The position numbers and the translations under genes are program-made. Below are positions 1 to 8,922 of a stretch of 64,000 nt of DNA, piece after piece. Source of the DNA: Polaromonas sp. (GTDB taxonomy: Bacteria; Pseudomonadota; Gammaproteobacteria; Burkholderiales; Burkholderiaceae_C); the NCBI RefSeq assembly GCF_012927485.1, contig NZ_JABBPC010000036.1, positions 47,996 through 111,995 of the forward strand, written 5' to 3'. The notes below the pieces were generated by a model. That model was given only the letters and a program-made list of their open reading frames with translations. It was not told where the DNA came from and made no database searches. How positions within the stretch are numbered: position 1 is the first letter of the stretch; each line of letters begins with the position of its first letter.

Positions 1-39
1 TCCTTCCTGCAAAAGCGCAAGCCGTCCTGGCTGGCATGA
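1..39 (+). CDS. 3' end of probable enoyl-CoA hydratase (methylglutaconyl-CoA hydratase, LiuC-like), partial
   Basis: Frame 1 reads SFLQKRKPSWLA*, resembling the crotonase-family C-terminus (F..KR.P.W); lies upstream of MCC-alpha and HMG-CoA lyase genes. Confidence 0.55.
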   Translation, partial: SFLQKRKPSWLA

Positions 40-177
40 GGCCGTTGATGAGCACGGAAGCCCGATCCCTTGCCCGTCCGTACCAGTATCGGCCGCGAAC
101 TGGCTTTGCCAGGCCGCAGGCGGGGCGGCCACTTCGGGGGGCAGCGCAGTACGCGAAGCGACAAGCGTGGGGGCCTT

Positions 178-849
178 ATGAATGCACTTGATACGGCTCA
201 ACTAATTGCTTTGGCGGGCGCGCTGGGCTGGGCCAGCGGTGTGCGGTTGTATCTGGTGGTACTGCTGACCGGGCTGGCCGGTTTCCTGGGCTGGGTAACG
301 CTGCCGCAAGGCCTTCATTTGCTGGCGCATCCCGTGGTGCTGGGTGCCAGTGGCTTCATGGTATTCGTCGAGTTTTTTGCTGACAAGATTCCCGGACTGG
401 ATTCACTTTGGGATGTGGTTCATACCGTTATCCGCATCCCTGCGGGTGCCGCCTTGGCCGCAGGCGTTTTCGGGGCGGACAGTCACCTCATGGCGCTGGT
501 GGCGGCGCTGCTAGGCGGCGCGCTGGCCGCCACCAGTCACTTGGCGAAGGCGACAACGCGTGCGGCCATCAACACTTCTCCAGAGCCTTTTAGCAATGTC
601 GGCGCGTCTTTGCTTGAGGACGGAATGGTGCCGCTGGGCTTGTGGCTGGCGCTGGCGCATCCTTTTGTGTTTATGGTTTTGCTGGCGGCCACGCTGGTCT
701 TCAGCGTCTGGCTGATTCGAATTTGTTGGCGATTTTTGACACAGCTTTTTGTTCGCGTCACCCGCATTTTTAGCGGCAAGTCCGATCCCGGATTGCCACC
801 GGCTTTTTCCCTGAAGTCCCCTTTTTCAAAGAACGACAGACATGTTTAA
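178..849 (+). CDS. DUF4126-family integral membrane protein
   Basis: Hydrophobic; ALGWASGVRLY, EFFADKIPGLDSLWD, NTSPEPFSN and SLLED motifs; ATG 178 chosen over TTG 70. Confidence 0.75.
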   Translation: MNALDTAQLIALAGALGWASGVRLYLVVLLTGLAGFLGWVTLPQGLHLLAHPVVLGASGFMVFVEFFADKIPGLDSLWDVVHTVIRIPAGAALAAGVFGADSHLMALVAALLGGALAATSHLAKATTRAAINTSPEPFSNVGASLLEDGMVPLGLWLALAHPFVFMVLLAATLVFSVWLIRICWRFLTQLFVRVTRIFSGKSDPGLPPAFSLKSPFSKNDRHV

Positions 850-2842
850 AAAAATATTGATTGCGAACCGGGGCGAGATCGCCTGCCGCGTTGCGGCAAC
901 TGCCCGACGCATGGCCATCAAAACCGTTGCGGTGTATTCAGATGTTGATGCCGACGCCAAGCATGTGCGCTTTTGCGATGAGGCCGTACACATTGGCGGC
1001 AACGCGCCTAAAGACAGCTACCTGCGTTGGGAGCGAATCATTGCGGCGGCAAAGGCCACGGGTGCGCAGGCGATTCACCCCGGCTACGGATTTTTGAGCG
1101 AGAACGAAGAATTTGCGCAGGCCTGTGCCGACGCTGGTTTGGTTTTCATTGGCCCCCCGGCGTCTGCCATCAAGGCCATGGGTCTTAAAGCCGAGTCCAA
1201 GCGTCTGATGGAAACGGCGGGTGTGCCATTGGTGCCCGGCTACCACGGCAGTGACCAGTCGCCGGCCCTGCTGAAGCGTGAGGCGGATCGCATTGGCTAC
1301 CCGGTCCTCATCAAGGCCAGTGCGGGCGGTGGCGGCAAGGGCATGCGGGCTGTGGCCAGGTCGGAAGATTTTGACGCGGCGCTGGCCTCCTGCAAGCGCG
1401 AAGCCATCAACAGCTTTGGTGACGACGCTGTGCTGGTGGAAAAATATGCGCAGCGTCCGCGTCACATCGAGATTCAGGTGTTCGGCGACAGCCACGGCAA
1501 CTATGTGTACCTGTTCGAGCGGGACTGCTCGGTGCAGCGGCGCCATCAAAAAGTACTGGAGGAAGCTCCTGCTCCCGGTATGACCGAGGCCATGCGCCAG
1601 CAGATGGGCGCAGCTGCAGTGGCTGCAGCCCGCGCGGTGAACTATGTCGGTGCCGGAACGGTGGAGTTCATCGTTGAACAGCGCCCCGATGGCAGCATGA
1701 ATTTCTTCTTCATGGAGATGAATACCCGGTTACAGGTGGAGCATCCAGTGACCGAAGCGATTACCGGGCTGGATTTAGTCGAGTGGCAACTCCGCGTTGC
1801 CGCGGGCCAGCCCCTGCCGCTCGCGCAAGACCAGCTGCGCATCAACGGCCATGCCATCGAGGCGCGTATCTGCGCCGAAAATCCTGAAAATAATTTTCTG
1901 CCGGCGACCGGTACTTTGCACGTTTATCAGAAGCCGGCCTGTACCAGCTTTGAGCGGGGCTTGGTTCGCGTGGACGATGGCGTGCGCCAGGGCGACACTA
2001 TTTCTCCGTTCTACGACTCCATGGTGGCCAAACTGATCGTGCATGGCCAGACCCGTGAAGAAGCGCTCGCCAGACTGGACGACGCGCTGGCGCAAACCCG
2101 CATCGTTGGGCTCAACACCAATGTCCAGTTTTTGCGCCACGTGGTGCGTAGCCCTTCGTTTGCCCACGCTAATCTGGACACGGCGTTGATCCAGCGCGAA
2201 GAGGCGGGACTCTTCAAGCAGGAGCCGGTCGGCCTGGCCATGGCAGCGGCGGCCGCAATTGCTCACGCGCTCCTGAATGAAAAAAGCGATGAAGGTGCCG
2301 ACCCCTTCAGCCACCGCGACGGTTGGCGCTCGCATGGCGTGACGCAGCGGCGTTTCGAGTTTGAATTTCACGGCGAACTTGCGCAAGCCGGCTTGACCTA
2401 CTTACATGATGGCGCGCTGCGCCTGGAGGTGGGTGAGGTCTCGGGTCCGCTGCAGTTCTCCAAAGTGGAAAGTGGCGAGGGCGGCATCGACATCCAGTTT
2501 GCCGGCCAGCGCTTAACCGCCGCGGTTTACCGGCAAGGCGAGGTTGACCACGTCTTCACAGCGCGGGGGGCGACGCAGATCAGCGCCATTGATCTGCTCG
2601 CCCACGCCGGTGAGAGCCATGCCGAGGTCGGCCGCCTGACCGCGCCCATGCCCGGCAAAGTCGTGTCTTTTTCGGTCAAGGTGGGCGACAAGATCAGCAA
2701 GGGCCAGCCACTGGCGGTGATGGAAGCCATGAAAATGGAGCACACCATTGCCGCACCCGCCGATGGCGTGGTGCAGGAATTGTTGTATGCGCCGGGCGAC
2801 CAAGTGGCGGAGGGATCCGAGCTGCTCAAAATAACCGTTTAA
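842..2842 (+). CDS. liuD: 3-methylcrotonyl-CoA carboxylase alpha subunit (biotin carboxylase + biotinyl domain)
   Basis: MFKKILIANRGEIA, HPGYGFLSEN, GGGGKG, EMNTRLQVEHPVTE, biotinylation motif EAMKM; liu context. Confidence 0.88.
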   Translation: MFKKILIANRGEIACRVAATARRMAIKTVAVYSDVDADAKHVRFCDEAVHIGGNAPKDSYLRWERIIAAAKATGAQAIHPGYGFLSENEEFAQACADAGLVFIGPPASAIKAMGLKAESKRLMETAGVPLVPGYHGSDQSPALLKREADRIGYPVLIKASAGGGGKGMRAVARSEDFDAALASCKREAINSFGDDAVLVEKYAQRPRHIEIQVFGDSHGNYVYLFERDCSVQRRHQKVLEEAPAPGMTEAMRQQMGAAAVAAARAVNYVGAGTVEFIVEQRPDGSMNFFFMEMNTRLQVEHPVTEAITGLDLVEWQLRVAAGQPLPLAQDQLRINGHAIEARICAENPENNFLPATGTLHVYQKPACTSFERGLVRVDDGVRQGDTISPFYDSMVAKLIVHGQTREEALARLDDALAQTRIVGLNTNVQFLRHVVRSPSFAHANLDTALIQREEAGLFKQEPVGLAMAAAAAIAHALLNEKSDEGADPFSHRDGWRSHGVTQRRFEFEFHGELAQAGLTYLHDGALRLEVGEVSGPLQFSKVESGEGGIDIQFAGQRLTAAVYRQGEVDHVFTARGATQISAIDLLAHAGESHAEVGRLTAPMPGKVVSFSVKVGDKISKGQPLAVMEAMKMEHTIAAPADGVVQELLYAPGDQVAEGSELLKITV

Positions 2843-2861
2843 GTTTTTACGGACGACTGCG

Positions 2862-3791
2862 ATGCGAATTAGCTTTTGTTGTACCGATACCAAGGCCCAG
2901 CCGTGGCTGGATGGCTTGCAGGCTGCGTTGCCGGGTGCGGTGGTTGAGGTCTGGTCCCCGAGCGCCCCCCTGGCGGACTTTGCGGTGGTCTGGGCGCCGC
3001 CCCAGCAGTTTCTGGAGGAGCAGACCCAGCTCAAGGGCATCTTCAATATTGGCGCCGGTGTAGATGCCCTGATGAAACTGCGACTGCCCGACGGCGTCCC
3101 GGTCGTCAGGCTGGACGATGCGGGCATGTCGGTGCAGATGGCGGAGTATGTCTGCCATGCGGTGATTCGCCATTTCCGTGAATTCGACCGCTATGAGGCC
3201 GATGTGGCCAACGGCAAATGGTCTTACCGCAAGCCTTGTTTGCGGCAAGATTTTTCGGTTGGCGTCATGGGTCTTGGCGTGCTGGGCGAGCGCGTCAGCC
3301 GCGCACTGACTCAGTTTGAGTTTCCGGTGATGGGTTGGAGCCGCTCCGCCAAAGCGATTCAGGGCGTGCAATGTTTTGCGGGCGAAGCGGGCTTTCACGA
3401 CTTTCTGGCGGCCACGCGCATTCTGGTTTGCCTGCTGCCGCTGACCGCAGACACGGAGGGCATCCTGCGCCATGACACGCTGGCCCGATTACAACCGGGG
3501 GCTTATGTTATCAATGTGGCGCGCGGCAACCATCTGATCGATCAGGATCTGATTGCGCTGATTGACAGCGGCCATTTGGCGGGCGCCACCCTGGATGTGT
3601 TTCGCACCGAACCCCTGCCCGCCGCGCATCCTTTTTGGACGCACCCCAAAATTACCGTGACGCCGCACACCTCGGCCCGAACACTGCGCGAAGAAAGCAT
3701 TGCGCAGATTGCCGGGAAAATCCGGGCACTGCACACTGGCGCGCCGATTGCCAGCCTTGCCGGTGTGGTTGACCCTAAAAAAGGATACTGA
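2862..3791 (+). CDS. ghrA: Glyoxylate/hydroxypyruvate reductase A (D-2-hydroxyacid dehydrogenase)
   Basis: GAGVD, GLGVLG Rossmann motif, INVARG, LDVF..EPLP..HPFW, TPH. Confidence 0.85.
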   Translation: MRISFCCTDTKAQPWLDGLQAALPGAVVEVWSPSAPLADFAVVWAPPQQFLEEQTQLKGIFNIGAGVDALMKLRLPDGVPVVRLDDAGMSVQMAEYVCHAVIRHFREFDRYEADVANGKWSYRKPCLRQDFSVGVMGLGVLGERVSRALTQFEFPVMGWSRSAKAIQGVQCFAGEAGFHDFLAATRILVCLLPLTADTEGILRHDTLARLQPGAYVINVARGNHLIDQDLIALIDSGHLAGATLDVFRTEPLPAAHPFWTHPKITVTPHTSARTLREESIAQIAGKIRALHTGAPIASLAGVVDPKKGY

Positions 3792-3795
3792 GGCC

Positions 3796-4716
3796 ATGAA
3801 ACTACCTTCCCGAGTCAAACTCGTCGATGTCGGCCCCAGAGACGGTTTGCAGAACGAAAAAGCACCCGTACCTGCGGCTGTGAAAATCGAACTGGTGCAC
3901 CGCCTGCAGGACGCTGGCCTGACAGAAATTGAAGTCACCAGTTTTGTCTCGCCAAAATGGGTGCCGCAAATGGCCGACGCCGCCGAGGTGATGGCCGGAA
4001 TACGCCGCAAGCCGGGTGTGCGTTATTCGGTACTGACGCCGAATATGAAAGGCTTTGAAGCGGCCGTGGCACCAGCGCGTGCGCTTTGGCCCGATGAAAT
4101 TGTGGTGTTTGGCGCGGCCAGCGAGGCCTTCAGTCAGCGAAATATCAACTGCTCGATTGCAGAAAGCATCGAACGTTTTCGGCCCGTGGTGCAGGCGGCG
4201 AAAGCCGCCAATATTTATGTTCGCGGCGCTATCTCGTGCGCTGTGGGATGCCCTTATGAAGGCGAAGTTGCCCCTGAGCGCGTGGCGCTGGTGGCGCGCC
4301 TGATGAAGGACATTGGAGTTCAGCACATCGGTGTGGCCGATACGATTGGCGTAGGGACGCCCGTCAAGGTGCAGCGCGCGATGGAGGCCGCTCTCCAGCA
4401 TTACGACCTCAACGACGTGTCGGGTCACTTCCACGATACCTACGGCCAGGCGTTGGTCAACACGCTGGTCTGTCTGCAAATGGGAGTCTGGCAATTTGAC
4501 ACTTCGTCCGCCGGACTGGGAGGATGTCCCTACGCCAAGGGCGCCACCGGCAACGTGGCCACCGAAGACGTGGTGTATCTGCTCCAGGGCATGGGAATCG
4601 AGACCGGCATCGATCTGGAAAAACTGATCGATGCGGGAAAATTTATCAGCGATTTTCTGGCGCGTAAACCCAACTCTCGCGCAGCGACCGCTTTGCTGAA
4701 CCAAAGAGCGAACTGA
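3796..4716 (+). CDS. liuE: Hydroxymethylglutaryl-CoA lyase
   Basis: DVGPRDGLQNE, HFHDTYGQAL, GLGGCPYAKGATGNVATED; ATG 3796 follows the ghrA stop. Confidence 0.92.
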   Translation: MKLPSRVKLVDVGPRDGLQNEKAPVPAAVKIELVHRLQDAGLTEIEVTSFVSPKWVPQMADAAEVMAGIRRKPGVRYSVLTPNMKGFEAAVAPARALWPDEIVVFGAASEAFSQRNINCSIAESIERFRPVVQAAKAANIYVRGAISCAVGCPYEGEVAPERVALVARLMKDIGVQHIGVADTIGVGTPVKVQRAMEAALQHYDLNDVSGHFHDTYGQALVNTLVCLQMGVWQFDTSSAGLGGCPYAKGATGNVATEDVVYLLQGMGIETGIDLEKLIDAGKFISDFLARKPNSRAATALLNQRAN

Positions 4717-5480
4717 TGTGCGGCTCGGAACTTACAGCACTGCCTGACGGCGTTCAGCGGGTGGCGGCAGTGCTACAGGCCCAGGGTCATGCGCATGCCC
4801 CGGTCATGCTTCAGGGCGCGGCGCGCACCGCGCAGCAAGCGGCAGACGCGCTCGGGGTTGCGGTGGGGCAGATTGCCAAGAGCATTATTTTCCGCCGCAA
4901 GTCGGACGACGTTGCCGTGCTTGTGGTGACCTCTGGCGACCAGCGGGTAGATGAAAAAAAGGTCGAGGCGATGGTCTGTACAGACGGTAAACGGCTCGCG
5001 CGCGCCGACGCGGATTTTGTGAAAACCCGGACCGGTTTTTCGATTGGCGGTGTGTCGCCACTCGCGCACGCCACCCCCTCGGTCACCTTGATTGACCAGT
5101 CGCTCTTTCGCTTTGACGAAATATGGGCGGCGGCCGGACATCCGCATGCGGTATTTCAGCTTTCGCCGCAACAGCTTCAATTACTGACGGGCGCACCCGT
5201 GGCCGATCTGGCGGTGGATACGCCGGTTGAGGCGGAGGACGCGCAAAGAGCTATGCAACGCGCAATCACGTTGGTCCGCTTGCGGGCTCGGTCAGTAGGC
5301 GCTGCCGCTGAGGTACCGTCCCCCTGCATTTCAATCTGCCGCATGAGCGCCACCAACGGATTGTGCGAAGGCTGTTTCCGCACGGGTGACGAGATCGCCG
5401 CCTGGAGTCAGGCTAGCGAGGAAGGTAAACGCGCAATCTGGCGAACGATTGAACAGCGCATGACGGCGATTCAACCATGA
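4716..5480 (+). CDS. YbaK/ProX-family aminoacyl-tRNA deacylase fused to C-terminal DUF1289 Cys-rich domain
   Basis: IAKSI, GFSIGGVSP, WAAAGHPHAVF; C-terminal PSPCISIC...CEGCFRT..EI..W; one uninterrupted ORF. Confidence 0.8.
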   Translation: MCGSELTALPDGVQRVAAVLQAQGHAHAPVMLQGAARTAQQAADALGVAVGQIAKSIIFRRKSDDVAVLVVTSGDQRVDEKKVEAMVCTDGKRLARADADFVKTRTGFSIGGVSPLAHATPSVTLIDQSLFRFDEIWAAAGHPHAVFQLSPQQLQLLTGAPVADLAVDTPVEAEDAQRAMQRAITLVRLRARSVGAAAEVPSPCISICRMSATNGLCEGCFRTGDEIAAWSQASEEGKRAIWRTIEQRMTAIQP

Positions 5481-6220
5481 CTGTGCAGGGTGAGGCAGTT
5501 TCGCAGCCGGCTCAGCAGCAGCCGGTAAATCCGCCCGCCGAAGAAAGCATGAAGCACCTCACGTGCTATCTCGACTTTATTTCGCCATACGCTTATCTGG
5601 CGTTCGAGCTGCTGCCTGAAGTCCTGATGGGGCTGAGCTACACCGTCCGCTACAGGCCCGTGCTGTTCGCCGGCATGCTCAAACACCATGGCCAATTGGG
5701 ACCTGCAGAGATTGCCCCCAAGCGTGACTGGACCTACCGTCAGGTGCTGTGGCTGGCCCACAGCCGGGGCATTCCGCTTCAACTCCCGGCCAGCCACCCC
5801 TTTAATCCCCTGGCCCTGTTGCGGCTCGCCGTGGCGTGCAGTCCGGAGGGCGACCCGGGTGCGCCCAATCGATTCGTTTGCGAAACCATCTTTCGCCACG
5901 TCTGGCGAGGTGGTGCCGCGGCCGACGATGCGGGGCGGCTCGATTCGTTGGTGCAGCAGTTGGCCATCATGCCCCATGCCATCGCGCGCGACGCACAGGG
6001 CCCGGTGCACAGTGAGGCGGTCAAGGCACAGCTCAAAAAAAATACCGTGGAGGCAATCGCGCAGGGTGTCTTTGGCGTCCCTGCTTTTGTAGTCGGCGAC
6101 AAGCTATTTTGGGGGCTGGATTCGCTTCCCATGCTCCGTGAGTACCTCCATGGTGCTCCCTGGTTTGACGGACCCGACTGGAATGCCGTAACCAACGTGG
6201 GGGCGGGCGTGCAGCGTTAA
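5477..6220 (+). CDS. 2-hydroxychromene-2-carboxylate isomerase / DsbA-like GST-kappa family protein
   Basis: YLDFISPYAYL, HPFNPL, GVFGVPAFVV..LFWGLD; ATGA overlap with upstream gene. Confidence 0.8.
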   Translation: MTVQGEAVSQPAQQQPVNPPAEESMKHLTCYLDFISPYAYLAFELLPEVLMGLSYTVRYRPVLFAGMLKHHGQLGPAEIAPKRDWTYRQVLWLAHSRGIPLQLPASHPFNPLALLRLAVACSPEGDPGAPNRFVCETIFRHVWRGGAAADDAGRLDSLVQQLAIMPHAIARDAQGPVHSEAVKAQLKKNTVEAIAQGVFGVPAFVVGDKLFWGLDSLPMLREYLHGAPWFDGPDWNAVTNVGAGVQR

Positions 6221-6366
6221 GGAAGCCGGTTCGCGCCATTGGTAAAAATAGCGCGAACAATCCTTCATTTCATTTTCAGTTCAAAGCGATACTTTGTGGC
6301 GTAGCACTGCCGCAGTGCTGCGCGCCTTGAATGAATTGAAAAATGGAATAACCCGGGGAGTTTGGC

Positions 6367-8193
6367 ATGCCTAGCGCCTTTAATTTTTTGGCTTCTCCGT
6401 TCGACTGCCTGACCCTGGAAGAGCAGCGGCTGGTGCGTGTCAACGTGGACGTGGCCTACTTTCCCCAGGGCGAAACTATCCTCGCCCTGGGTGTCCAGCC
6501 TAGCCATCTGTTTGTCATCATTAAAGGCTTTGTTCAGCAGTTTGACGCGAACGAGGTCGTCACAACCTACGGCCCCGATGATTGCTTCGATGGGCGGGGG
6601 CTGGTGTCGGGCAAGGTCAGCAGCCGGTTTGTGGCCGTGGAAGAAGTCGTAGCCTACCAATTGGCCAAGCAGACGGTCAGTGACCTGATTGCGGGCAATG
6701 CCACCTTTGGCGCTCTGCTATTTTCAGATCTATCCAACAAGCTCAGCGCCCTGTCCGAACGGCAAAGTCGGCACGAATTGCAGTCCCTGACGATGGCCCG
6801 GGTTGACGAGGCTCTTGTGCGCCCCGCGCATTTCGTGGAGGCGGACACCAGTATTCTGGAGGTCGTCAAACACTTTCAGACGCTACACACCGCCACCGTG
6901 CTGGTGCGAGACCGGCGTGTGAATCCCCCGGCGCTGGGCATCTTTACCTCGACCGGTCTGCAGCGGGCGATTTTGCACGGTATGCCGCTAGACCGCTTGC
7001 CCGTGGGTGAATTGGCTAATTTTTCACTGATCAAGGTGCGGCCGAGCGACCAACTGGGGGAGGCGCTGGCGGTCATGATCAAGCACAAGGTGCGCCGGGT
7101 GGTGGTGAGTGAAGGCGAAGAGGTCATTGGCGTGCTGGAGGCGTTGGACCTCTTCAGTCACCTGTCCAACCAGTCGTATCAGATCAATATCCAGATTCTC
7201 AACGCCCAGGACGTGGCCACCTTGAAGCTGGCGGCGGGACAGATCACCCGGCTTATTTCGCTGCTGCACAGCAATGGCACCAAAGTCAATCTGATTGCCC
7301 GGCTAGTGCAAGAACTGAATGCCAAGTTGTTTGAGCGGACCTGGCAACTGCTTGCGCCAGCGGATCTGGTGGCCAACAGCTGTCTGTTCGTGATGGGCAG
7401 TGAGGGCCGCGGTGAGCAACTACTCAAGACTGATCAGGACAACGGGCTGGTGTTGCGCGATGGCTATGTCTGCTCGGTGGATTTGGCGGACGTGTGTCGA
7501 CAATTTTCACAGGCGCTGGCCGATTTTGGTTACCCCGTGTGCCCCGGCAACATCATGGTCAGCAACCCGCATTGGCGTCAGAGCGTGACGGATTTCAGTC
7601 AGATGGTGCGTTTGTGGGTAATGGCGGGCAGCCCGGATAGTCTGATGGCATTGGCAGTCTTCCTGGACGCCCACGCCGTCTGTGGGGATACGGCGCTGCT
7701 GGATCAGGTGCGTGCGGCGGTGTATGAACTGACGGCCGACAACGACGCCATGTTGGCGCGTTTTGCCTCGTCCATCAATGCTTTCGGGACTGGCAGCGGT
7801 TTGTGGAATCGCCTGCTTTCGCTCGGTGATCAACGCAAAGAGGTACTGGACATCAAAAAAGTGGGCACCTTCCCGCTGGTGCACGGCATACGTAGCATGG
7901 CGCTGGCGCAGCGCATCAGCGCCACCACCACGACCGACCGCGTCGAGGCCCTGACCGAGGCGGGAAAACTCCCTCAAAAACTGGCCACTGATCTGATCGA
8001 TAGCCTGCATTTTTTCATGGGACTGAAATTGAAAGTGGGGCTGCAGCAGTTGGCAACAGGGCATGCGGCAACCGGTGACATTCAGATGGAAAAGCTCAGC
8101 AGCCTGGACCGCGACTTACTCAAAGACACGCTTGGCGTGGTCAAGCAGTTCAAGACGCTGCTCAACCAGCGGTTTCATCTGGAGGCCCTGTGA
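6367..8193 (+). CDS. cNMP-binding + CBS pair + GlnD/GlnE-like nucleotidyltransferase (DUF294/DUF294_C) protein
   Basis: N-terminal cNMP-like region, two CBS-like repeats, MGSEGRGEQLLKTDQDNG, CPGNIMVSNPHW, DIKKVG.FPLVHGIR. Confidence 0.85.
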   Translation: MPSAFNFLASPFDCLTLEEQRLVRVNVDVAYFPQGETILALGVQPSHLFVIIKGFVQQFDANEVVTTYGPDDCFDGRGLVSGKVSSRFVAVEEVVAYQLAKQTVSDLIAGNATFGALLFSDLSNKLSALSERQSRHELQSLTMARVDEALVRPAHFVEADTSILEVVKHFQTLHTATVLVRDRRVNPPALGIFTSTGLQRAILHGMPLDRLPVGELANFSLIKVRPSDQLGEALAVMIKHKVRRVVVSEGEEVIGVLEALDLFSHLSNQSYQINIQILNAQDVATLKLAAGQITRLISLLHSNGTKVNLIARLVQELNAKLFERTWQLLAPADLVANSCLFVMGSEGRGEQLLKTDQDNGLVLRDGYVCSVDLADVCRQFSQALADFGYPVCPGNIMVSNPHWRQSVTDFSQMVRLWVMAGSPDSLMALAVFLDAHAVCGDTALLDQVRAAVYELTADNDAMLARFASSINAFGTGSGLWNRLLSLGDQRKEVLDIKKVGTFPLVHGIRSMALAQRISATTTTDRVEALTEAGKLPQKLATDLIDSLHFFMGLKLKVGLQQLATGHAATGDIQMEKLSSLDRDLLKDTLGVVKQFKTLLNQRFHLEAL

Positions 8194-8849
8194 AGGGATC
8201 CCACCTGTCGCCCTTGGCCTGGGCCGCAGCACTCAAGCGCGAATGGATGCTGTACCACTTGGGCGACCAACGGTTTCGGTTTATGTGGGACCAGCCGCCG
8301 CACAACGAGTGGGTGGCGATAGATTGCGAAACAACCGGGTTGAACGTCAAAACCGACGCCATCATTTCAATCGGCGCGGTGCGCATCCTGGGCAATCGGG
8401 TCATGACCAGCGAAAGTCTTGAGTTGCTGGTGCGCCCGGAAAAGAAGCACTTTTCAGCAGACAGTGTGCGGGTGCACCGCCTGCGTGAGCAGGATGTGGC
8501 GCAAGGCATCACGGCTGACGAAGCCGTGATGAAACTGATGCACTTCATCGGCAGTCGGCCCCTGGTGGGCTACTACCTGGAGTTTGATGTGGCGATGATC
8601 AACCGGGTGCTGTTTCCGATACTGGGCATGGGATTGCCCCAGGCCAAAATCGAGATTTCGGGTCTTTACTACGATTACAAATATCAGCAGCTGCCTTCAC
8701 TGGTGCGCGACAGCGGCGCGATCGACCTGAGATTCGACAGCCTCATCAAGGACCTGGGCCTGCCACTGTGGCCAGCGCATGATGCCCTGAACGACGCGCT
8801 CATGGCGGCGTTGGCTTTTTTAAAATTGAAGCAGTTAAAGCCGACGTAA
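8190..8849 (+). CDS. DEDDh 3'-5' exonuclease (DNA pol III epsilon-like)
   Basis: IDCETTG, YLEFD, HDALNDA motifs; GTGA overlap with DUF294 gene. Confidence 0.82.
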   Translation: MKGSHLSPLAWAAALKREWMLYHLGDQRFRFMWDQPPHNEWVAIDCETTGLNVKTDAIISIGAVRILGNRVMTSESLELLVRPEKKHFSADSVRVHRLREQDVAQGITADEAVMKLMHFIGSRPLVGYYLEFDVAMINRVLFPILGMGLPQAKIEISGLYYDYKYQQLPSLVRDSGAIDLRFDSLIKDLGLPLWPAHDALNDALMAALAFLKLKQLKPT

Positions 8850-8871
8850 ATCCAGTGCCGGCGTGAGCAAA

Positions 8872-8901
8872 AAAAAAGCCGGGCAGATGCCCGGCTTTTT
8901 T
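8872..8901. terminator. Bidirectional rho-independent terminator
   Basis: AAAAAAGCCGGGC-AGAT-GCCCGGCTTTTTT between convergent genes. Confidence 0.9.
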
Positions 8902-8922
8902 AGAGGGTTAGACCGGTTGGGT

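Noticed and set aside
8190-8849. Replicative dnaQ
   Set aside because: Lacks the C-terminal alpha-binding region; context is the DUF294 partner type
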